Shown here: positions 9,850 through 16,618 of the stretch, piece after piece | Position numbering within the stretch: position 1 is the first letter of the stretch | How the letters are laid out: each line of letters starts with the position of its first letter | From: Myxococcota bacterium | Lineage (GTDB): Bacteria > Myxococcota_A > UBA796 > UBA2385 | Assembly: GCA_044344255.1 (NCBI GenBank) | Contig: JBIJDH010000009.1 | Span: forward strand, 64,001-128,000 | Length of the DNA stretch: 64,000 bases | Reading direction: 5' to 3' | Translations under genes and position numbers: made by a program | The notes under the pieces: model-generated | The model's database searches: none | The model's input: the letters and a program-made list of their open reading frames with translations, nothing else | What the model was told of the DNA's origin: nothing

Positions 9850-10947
9850 CTACATTCCCTCGACGGCGACCCCATCGAACCATGCCGTCCCAGACACCGC
9901 CGAGAGCACGCCCACCTGCAGGAAGGCTGCGTTGGCTGGAGCACGGACGTCGATCTCGATCAGCTCCCACGCGTGGGTGGAGAGTCGACCCGCCTTATAC
10001 GTCGGCTTCCCGATCGACATGCCCTCGCTGTCGAAGAAGGCCACGGAGAGCCGGGCCGAGTCTTCACGCTGACGGAACTCGACACGGAGATCTTCCGCTT
10101 TGAAGTGCGCTCGGACCTTTAGGTTCGCGTTGGGCTGAACGACGATCCGCTGGGTCAGCTCATGGAAGAGCCGGGTCTTGGAATTCGCGAAGAAGCGCAC
10201 CGAGGCTTGACCGTCGAGGAAGGTCCGCCCATCGAGGGAGACCTCCGCCACCGGGCTGTCCGCGCCGAGCGAGAGCGGGTTGTCGAGCTTCCAGGCGCCG
10301 CCGATGGTGCCCTCCGTCTCAAAGGACCCGTCCACCAGTACAACCGAATTCGCGTTGGAGTCTTTGGAGGGTCGGGCTCCGCCGAAGAATCGCGCCAGAG
10401 CGTCGCGGCTGCGCTCGTCTCGGTCGGGCGTCGAGGGCCAAGCGAGCTCGGTCTGATTCTTGAAGGACTTCTTTCGCTTCTTCGCCGTGACCTCCACGCG
10501 GATGACACGAGCCTCGAGGGGGCCGATGCGCACCGCCTCCAGCCAGTCCTCTTCGAAGCCGAACTGGACGGCCAGCGCCTCGGCGGCCTCCCGCTCCCGC
10601 TTGCTGAAGTCGCCGGTGGAGCGGATCACCGTCTCTCCGCGCCGCAAGCGGCCGAGCTCGGGGGCCGGCAGCGTATTGATGTAGTCGATGACCTTGTTGT
10701 ACTCCGGACTCAGCAACTGCTCGACGATGCTCGGGAAGGACATCGCGACCACAAAGAGGGCCGCTTCATCGAGCTCACGGGTGGCGAGCAGGAGGTTCAG
10801 CCGCGCCACCGGATCCGAGTCGGACATGGCCGTGACCCGAGAGGCCCGAGCCCGCGCGGCATCGTCGACGATCGGCGGCTTTCCCGACTGGGCGATGGCC
10901 TCCATCGGCGCGAGCGCGAGCAGCAGGGCGAAGACCAGCCGAACCAT
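9850..10947 (-). CDS. Secreted protein with probable C-terminal carbohydrate-binding (CBM4/9-like) beta-sandwich
   Basis: Signal peptide AIA-Q; LVDGSFE...W and GTAWFDGV motifs. Confidence 0.6.
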   Translation of the reverse strand: MVRLVFALLLALAPMEAIAQSGKPPIVDDAARARASRVTAMSDSDPVARLNLLLATRELDEAALFVVAMSFPSIVEQLLSPEYNKVIDYINTLPAPELGRLRRGETVIRSTGDFSKREREAAEALAVQFGFEEDWLEAVRIGPLEARVIRVEVTAKKRKKSFKNQTELAWPSTPDRDERSRDALARFFGGARPSKDSNANSVVLVDGSFETEGTIGGAWKLDNPLSLGADSPVAEVSLDGRTFLDGQASVRFFANSKTRLFHELTQRIVVQPNANLKVRAHFKAEDLRVEFRQREDSARLSVAFFDSEGMSIGKPTYKAGRLSTHAWELIEIDVRAPANAAFLQVGVLSAVSGTAWFDGVAVEGM

Positions 10948-10961
10948 TATTGGACTCCAGG

Positions 10962-11660
10962 CTACTCGACGAGACGGAGATGCCCGCGGTTTGGACCCTT
11001 GGGCGCCGGCTTGACGGGCGGTGGCGGCGGGGTGGGGTCAGGGGCGAGCGGGATGAGCGAGATCTGCTTGAAGGCGTCCCACGGCAGAAGCACGGTGTGC
11101 AGGCCGTCATCGAAGGAGAGGGTGACCTGGAGCCCCTCGTCCAGATACTCCGGGCTGTTGTGGGTGTGGTAGGCGGCGTCCAGCTTGATCGGCATATTCG
11201 CAGGGAACTTGGCCAACACTTCGCGAGGGACTCCGCTCTCCTTCAAGCGGTGGGAGTCAAAGACCAGGAAGAGGTCACAGCCGAGCCCGAAGCCGAGCCG
11301 CATGGCTTGCTCGGCGTGGTTGCCGAAGGGATCGACCGTCATCGGCCCTTCGTCTTCCTCAACGAGGTTGGTGGCGAGGCCGCTCGCCCTCCTCAACACC
11401 ACAGGGGCCGGGGGTTGTTCCTCTTCCTCGGGCGGCATGGCGCCGATGCCCCCCATGTCGGCCGGGCTGATCTCAAGGGCCTGCGAGAGCTGGATGAGCT
11501 CATCGACGGTCAAGGGTTCTGCTCCGCCCAGCACCAGCTTGAGCCGAGATCGCTCGATCGACGCCGCCTTCGCGAGGGCCGCAGTGTTCAAGCCCTTCTT
11601 CTGGGCGATGTCGCGGATGAGGTTGATCAGCGGAGTGGAGGGACGGGAGGGCGACGCCAT
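10962..11660 (-). CDS. XRE-family HTH fused to SspB-like ClpXP adaptor domain
   Basis: N-terminal HTH (KKGLNTAALAKAASIERSRL...LTVDELIQLSQAL); C-terminal TLSF...VLLPWDA and Pro-rich tail ending RGHLRLVE. Confidence 0.7.
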   Translation of the reverse strand: MASPSRPSTPLINLIRDIAQKKGLNTAALAKAASIERSRLKLVLGGAEPLTVDELIQLSQALEISPADMGGIGAMPPEEEEQPPAPVVLRRASGLATNLVEEDEGPMTVDPFGNHAEQAMRLGFGLGCDLFLVFDSHRLKESGVPREVLAKFPANMPIKLDAAYHTHNSPEYLDEGLQVTLSFDDGLHTVLLPWDAFKQISLIPLAPDPTPPPPPVKPAPKGPNRGHLRLVE

Positions 11661-11700
11661 GAGGGACCTTCGATGAGGCCCGCACCCTAACCCACCGGCG

Positions 11701-12411
11701 CTACTTCGTCGGCGGGTGCTTGTGCGAGGGGAGCGCCTTCGGCGGCTTCACAGATCCGGGCGCCCCGCCGTTGATGTCCACCTTGGAGGCCTTGTAGGTC
11801 TGGGTGGAGCTGCTCTCGACCTTGGTGCTCACACCGGACTGAAAGACCGCCGTCTGTTTCCCTTCGATCGCCACAGTAAGGTCGGTCTCCAGCTTGAAGT
11901 CCTTGCACTTCAGCGAGATCGTCTCCTTGGCTTCAATGATGATGTGCTTCTCGGACTTCGTCGTGACGATCTTCTGAGCACTGTCAAAGGTGTGCCAGAT
12001 GGGACCGGAGGTCACGTCGAGGCGGGTCCCGGCCTTGGCCGCGAAGCCGACCTGCTCTGCGCCGCTCGTATCGTCGAAGATCACCATGTGATCATTACGA
12101 GACCAGAACACTCGCTTGTTGTTCTCCGAGTCGTCGTTCTTGTAGGGCTCAGGCTTGTCGGCGTCTCCGTTGTAGACGGCGCCGACCACGTAGGCGCTCA
12201 TCGAGCGGTAGGCGTAGGAGAGCACAACCTCTGTGCCGACGTCCGGGAGGATGACCAGCCCACGCTGCAGACCTCCCATCGGGCTCATCACCCGACACCA
12301 TGAGCTGTGGAGCGGCTCCCCGCTCTCCACAGGGAACTTCACCTTGACCCGATTCATCTTGTCCGGGTCCTTGTTATCGATGACGATGCCGACGATGAGG
12401 CCGTTGATCAA
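11701..12411 (-). CDS. Baseplate spike protein (Gp5/VgrG OB-fold + beta-helix) with C-terminal HxH motif
   Basis: VIDNKDPDKMNRVKVKFP, SSWCRV, LPDVGTEV, VVGAVYN; ends PSHKHPPTK; TTG start. Confidence 0.85.
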   Translation of the reverse strand: MINGLIVGIVIDNKDPDKMNRVKVKFPVESGEPLHSSWCRVMSPMGGLQRGLVILPDVGTEVVLSYAYRSMSAYVVGAVYNGDADKPEPYKNDDSENNKRVFWSRNDHMVIFDDTSGAEQVGFAAKAGTRLDVTSGPIWHTFDSAQKIVTTKSEKHIIIEAKETISLKCKDFKLETDLTVAIEGKQTAVFQSGVSTKVESSSTQTYKASKVDINGGAPGSVKPPKALPSHKHPPTK

Positions 12412-12435
12412 GGGGCACCCGGACTGGTGGGAGGA

Positions 12436-13092
12436 TCAGTTGATGGTGGTCATCGACGCGGTGAGCGTGAGGCTGCTACCGCCGTCCACCGTACAGCTCG
12501 TGCCCGTCTTGATCTCGGTGCTTGTTCCCGACTTGGCGCTCACGGACTGGCTCGCCTCCAGGATGAAGTCCTTACACTTGAGCGAGATGGTCTCCTTCGC
12601 CTCAACGATGATGTCCTTGCCAGAGTAGAGCGAGAGGGTCTTCTCGATTGCGTCCCAGATGATGCGAATCTCCTCGTTGTGGAGGACCATCTCGACGCGC
12701 TCGCTGCCGGAGGTGTCATCAAACGTGACGCGGTGACCCGAGCGGGATTGGAAGACCCGAAGGTTGTTGTCACCGTCTTCGTTCGCGTAGGGCGGAGTGT
12801 CCACTCCATTGTACAAGGAGCCCACGACGATGGCGTTGTGGATGTCTCCGTGCACGAAGGCGACGAGGACCTCGTCTCCGATCTCCGGGATCGTCATCCA
12901 GCCTCGCTCCTTCCCCGCCATCGGCATCACCAGCCGCGCCCAGTCGCTCTCGGGTGTCTCCGGCAGGGAGACGAACTTGACCTTTACGCGGCCGAGCTGC
13001 TGGGGGTCTTTGTTGTCCACCACGAGCGCTTCCACGAGGCCGGGCATCTGACCGGCGACGGGCCGGCCGTCGCGGTTGGTGACATTGGGCAC
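12436..13092 (-). CDS. Baseplate spike protein (Gp5/VgrG OB-fold + beta-helix), blunt C-terminus
   Basis: VVDNKDPQQLGRVKVKF, SDWAR, PEIGDEVLVAFVHGD, GSLYNG, SRSGH; ends TTIN; GTG after GGAGG SD. Confidence 0.9.
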   Translation of the reverse strand: MPNVTNRDGRPVAGQMPGLVEALVVDNKDPQQLGRVKVKFVSLPETPESDWARLVMPMAGKERGWMTIPEIGDEVLVAFVHGDIHNAIVVGSLYNGVDTPPYANEDGDNNLRVFQSRSGHRVTFDDTSGSERVEMVLHNEEIRIIWDAIEKTLSLYSGKDIIVEAKETISLKCKDFILEASQSVSAKSGTSTEIKTGTSCTVDGGSSLTLTASMTTIN

Positions 13093-13123
13093 AGGAACCT
13101 CCACTCCGTTCGGAGTTCGCAAG

Positions 13124-13129
13124 AGTATA
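13124..13129 (-). promoter_or_regulatory. Putative sigma70-type -10 box of the spike genes
   Basis: TATACT 31 nt upstream of the GTG in a very GC-rich background. Confidence 0.45.
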
Positions 13130-13216
13130 CCGGCCCGAGGGTGGCCGGGTCAACGCGTGGAAGAGAACGAGCCGATCCCGGAGGGTCGTCCCCCGAGGGC
13201 GGTCGGCCGCCCCGCG

Positions 13217-14362
13217 TCAGCAGACCCGGTGCATCCAGCGGTGGGGGTCGGGAGCGAGGCCATGCTGCAGATCGAGCAGTGCCTGCCGGAGGTGGGTCGT
13301 CACCGGACCCGACTGCTGGTCGCCCATCGTAAAGGAGCCCGACCTCGCCTTGATGCGGCCGATCGGGGTGATCACCGCAGCGGTTCCGCAGGCGAAGGCC
13401 TCCGTCATCCGGCCGCTGGCCGCTGCCTCGCGCCACTCTTCGACGCTCACGAGGCGCTCCTCCACGTCGTACCCGAGGTCAGCGGCCAGCACGAGCAGGC
13501 TGTCGCGGGTCACGCCCGGGAGCAAGGCCCCGGTCAGCTTCGGAGTGACGACGCGGGTGCGCCCGCCCTCAACGAAGACGAAGGCAAGGTTCATGCCACC
13601 CATCTCCTCCACCCACCGGCGCTCGACCCCATCGAGCCAGACGACCTGGTCGCAGTCCTCCGCCTTGGCCTGGGCCTGGGCAACGAGGCTAGCCGCATAG
13701 TTCCCGGCGCACTTGGCTTCGCCGGTGCCGCCCCGAACGGCTCGAACGTAGTCCTCCGAGATCCACACGCTCACCGGCTTGACCCCCTGGGGGAAATAGG
13801 CGCCGGTGGGGAGTGCCATCAGCACGAATTGGTAGGCGTTCGCCGGCCGGACGCCGAGGGCGGCCTCGGTCGCGAACATCAGCGGGCGCAGGTAGAGGCT
13901 CTGCCCGACCACCTTCGGGACCCAGGCTCGCTCGATCTCAATCAACTGGTCGGCGAGCCCCACGAAGCGCTCCACCGGGAGCTCCGGCATGGCGAGCCGG
14001 CGGGCTGAGCTGGCGAAGCGGGCACCGTTCGAAGATGGGCGGAAGGTGGAGATACCACCGTCCGACTGTGCATACGCCTTGAATCCCTCGAAGATGGCCT
14101 GCCCATAGTGGAGCGCCGACGCAGCGGGGTCAATGGAGAGGGGGCCGTACGGCACGATCCGCGCCGGGCCCCAGCCCTCACCCTCCCGCCAGTTCACAAG
14201 GAGCATGTGATCGGTGAAGTACCGACCAAAGCCGGGGTCCTCCAGGCGTCGACGACGCTCTTCGTCGGACCAGGGATGGTTGTTCCGCTCGAAGGTCACG
14301 ACCTCGGCCTCCGCAGGGGAGGGCGCCGACTTCAGGGTACCGATGGACGTGCCGCTGGTCAT
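13217..14362 (-). CDS. ilvE: Branched-chain amino acid aminotransferase
   Basis: GFGRYFTDHM, LHYGQAIFEGFKAY, AKCAGNY (PLP Lys), EEMGGMN, LPGVTR, GTAAVITP. Confidence 0.95.
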   Translation of the reverse strand: MTSGTSIGTLKSAPSPAEAEVVTFERNNHPWSDEERRRRLEDPGFGRYFTDHMLLVNWREGEGWGPARIVPYGPLSIDPAASALHYGQAIFEGFKAYAQSDGGISTFRPSSNGARFASSARRLAMPELPVERFVGLADQLIEIERAWVPKVVGQSLYLRPLMFATEAALGVRPANAYQFVLMALPTGAYFPQGVKPVSVWISEDYVRAVRGGTGEAKCAGNYAASLVAQAQAKAEDCDQVVWLDGVERRWVEEMGGMNLAFVFVEGGRTRVVTPKLTGALLPGVTRDSLLVLAADLGYDVEERLVSVEEWREAAASGRMTEAFACGTAAVITPIGRIKARSGSFTMGDQQSGPVTTHLRQALLDLQHGLAPDPHRWMHRVC

Positions 14363-14496
14363 TCGCTGGTCCTCCTTGCGGGGCCCAAGTCGTAACGCGT
14401 GACCTGCTCGGGGGCACCCGCCAGCTCCTCCCCGTGTCTCCTCGCATGGCCGCCGGGGTGGCTGCGAGTGAGGGGTTACGCTGCCGCGGAGGACTC

Positions 14497-15585
14497 ATGA
14501 TGACGAACGGCCGCTCGAAGCGGGTCGGGCTCTGGACGGTCCGCACCGGTCAGCGGCGCGCGCTCCCCGGGCTAGCCACCGCGCTGTTGCTGGCCTGCGC
14601 GCCTTCAGACCCTCTCTCTCAGCCCAGCGGGCTTGAGAGCGCGGACGGCACGGTCTCCGGGGGCTGGCGCCGCACGACGGGCGGCTGTGGGAGCGGCGGG
14701 CTCCAGCTACACCTCGCGGGCCCACATTGGGGCACCCAGGGCTGGGTGCCGGCCGAAGTGTCGCGGGAAGATGCAGGGGTCGACTGGTTGTATTTCCCAA
14801 TTCAGACCGCGGTGGGGGAGGGGACGGCGGCCTTGCGCGTCGAGGGACAGGAGGCTCTCCTCCCCCTCGGCGCCCGCCCGGGGGAGCTGGAGATCGCCCT
14901 CCGCTTGACCCCCGCCAACGAAGCGCCGGACGAGGCGCGCGCCCTCGCGCGCTCGGCTGCGCAGATCGAGGCCGCAAAGTCCGTGTGGGCACGGGGCTTC
15001 TTCTCCCTCCGGGGCCCCGACGGGCCTGCGGGAGATCTCGACCTCGGCTACGGCACCGCCACCGTCGCGCTCTACAGCCCTGTGCTGGCCACCGCCGGTG
15101 GAGCGCCGATCCCCGCTCGCCGACGGTTGGACGGGCCGGATCTCCTCTTGGAGGTGCCGATCGAGCCCTCCTTGCACGGCGAGCTCGGCTCCCTTCGATT
15201 CAACCTCGCCACCTGGACAGTGATCTTCCCGGCCGGGGAGACGCCCTCTGATGATGATCTCCACTTCCAAGCGGAGGCGCTGGAGGGGGTGCCCGACCGT
15301 GCGGCGGCCTGGTCCTTGGCGCGAGAGGCGGCCGACGAGGCGGAGTTGGCCTGGCTCGACGAGCGCCTCCCCCGGCTCGCCGCTCAGCTCCGACGCCCGC
15401 AAGGTGACTGCCTCATCCCCGCCGACCTCGATCCGAGCTGGGGTCTCTTGCTCCAGGGCTACCGGGTGACCGTGGAGGCCATGCCAGGGCGCTGCTTGCT
15501 CTCCGTCGCGCCCGACCGCCCCCAACACCGGCGAAGGGCGACGGGGACGTGGGGACCCGCCGGACGCACGGCTGATCCATCCTGA
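14497..15585 (+). CDS. Hypothetical lipoprotein
   Basis: GGAGGA SD before ATG; lipobox LLLAC; no recognised domain. Confidence 0.6.
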   Translation: MMTNGRSKRVGLWTVRTGQRRALPGLATALLLACAPSDPLSQPSGLESADGTVSGGWRRTTGGCGSGGLQLHLAGPHWGTQGWVPAEVSREDAGVDWLYFPIQTAVGEGTAALRVEGQEALLPLGARPGELEIALRLTPANEAPDEARALARSAAQIEAAKSVWARGFFSLRGPDGPAGDLDLGYGTATVALYSPVLATAGGAPIPARRRLDGPDLLLEVPIEPSLHGELGSLRFNLATWTVIFPAGETPSDDDLHFQAEALEGVPDRAAAWSLAREAADEAELAWLDERLPRLAAQLRRPQGDCLIPADLDPSWGLLLQGYRVTVEAMPGRCLLSVAPDRPQHRRRATGTWGPAGRTADPS

Positions 15586-15615
15586 TGTTGATCCAACCTG
15601 AGCCTGACGAGACCC

Positions 15616-15696
15616 AAAAAGAAGCCCTCGTCTAGCCGACGGCGCCCCCAATCTCAAACATGCGGGGGCGAAGCTCGGACTCGACCAGACGAGGGC
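15616..15696 (-). terminator. Long stem-loop plus U-tract downstream of the small secreted-protein gene
   Basis: Minus strand: GCCCTCGTCTGGTCGA pairs with TCGGCTAGACGAGGGC (16 bp, 2 G-U), inner CGCCCCCG/TGGGGGCG stem, then TTCTTTTT. Confidence 0.7.
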
Positions 15697-15734
15697 GCGG
15701 CGACCGTGTTGGACGCGGCCCCCACCACTCCAGC

Positions 15735-16202
15735 TCACATGGCGATGCAGCTCGAGATGCAGGCCTTCGGGAACGAAGGGAGGCCCGCGGGCAGGGGTTC
15801 AGCGTCGGAGATATCGAGGAAGTCGTGAGTCCAGTCGTTCAGGCTGAGTCGGAAATTGCGACAGTCTGCGACGGAGGGGGACGGACCGCTGCCACACCAG
15901 GGTTCTCGCGGCGGTGGGTAGTAGGCGTCGACGAGCTGGGCGTCCGTGAGGGAGCCTTCGGCGAGGTCGAGCGCCCAGTCCTTGGCAGCCGGCCGCCAGT
16001 TGGAGGCGACGAACTGGGTGGCCGTGTAGAAGCCGTCCCAATCCCAACCTCCGGACCAGGAGTCCCCGGAGGCCTCCGCGCTGGCACCCACGAGGAACAT
16101 CCCGAGGAACACCACGGTCGAGCGGACCATGGTCGATCGGACGACGGCCGAGGACGGGAGGCGAGGGATTCGCCGAGCGACGAGGCGAGCGAGATGAGAC
16201 AT
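15735..16202 (-). CDS. Small secreted Trp/Asp-rich protein with 4 Cys, unknown function
   Basis: GGAGG SD, signal peptide ending AEA, sigma54 promoter upstream, terminator downstream. Confidence 0.7.
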   Translation of the reverse strand: MSHLARLVARRIPRLPSSAVVRSTMVRSTVVFLGMFLVGASAEASGDSWSGGWDWDGFYTATQFVASNWRPAAKDWALDLAEGSLTDAQLVDAYYPPPREPWCGSGPSPSVADCRNFRLSLNDWTHDFLDISDAEPLPAGLPSFPKACISSCIAM

Positions 16203-16270
16203 CGGTGCCTCCAGGGATGCGGGTCGCGCCGGACAGCGGTCACCGAGGCATCCGAGATTGCATCGATCTC

Positions 16271-16286
16271 TGCAACCGACGTGCCA
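16271..16286 (-). promoter_or_regulatory. Sigma54 (-24/-12) promoter
   Basis: TGGCACGTCGGTTGCA, exact fit to TGGCACG-N4-TTGCA, facing 15735..16202. Confidence 0.88.
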
Positions 16287-16368
16287 CCCAAGCTTTCGAG
16301 GCGGACCATCAGACTATACGAGGCGGAACCCATTGAATTCTGATGCCGTTCCGACCATCGAGGCTCCG

Positions 16369-16391
16369 CGAAATTTCTATGCCGAAATTTC
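16369..16391. promoter_or_regulatory. Putative enhancer (bEBP-binding site)
   Basis: Two copies of CGAAATTTC (palindromic core GAAATTTC) with a 14-bp period, about 85-105 bp upstream of the -24 box. Confidence 0.55.
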
Positions 16392-16618
16392 ATCCCTGAG
16401 ACGACATGAGGCGGAAATGCGAGCCTCGCCTCAGCCAGGCGCCCCTCGCCAGCGCCGGTCTCCATCGGCTACTCTCTGCCCGTTGGGAGGTGGGGAGGCT
16501 CGGCAGCCGACCCCTGCCCCATGTGCCGGGACCTGCAGCGGGCCGCCGCCTCCCGATGGCATCATGGAACGTCCGACCATCGAGAGGGTCGCCCGAACGA
16601 GGGCGGGAGAGGTGAGGG

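Noticed and set aside
12412..12438. Selenocysteine recoding of the TGA between the spike genes
   Set aside because: Only a 4-bp hairpin follows and there is no redox-motif context.
11701..13092. Prophage
   Set aside because: No integrase, capsid, terminase or other tail genes, and the upstream neighbour is housekeeping ilvE.
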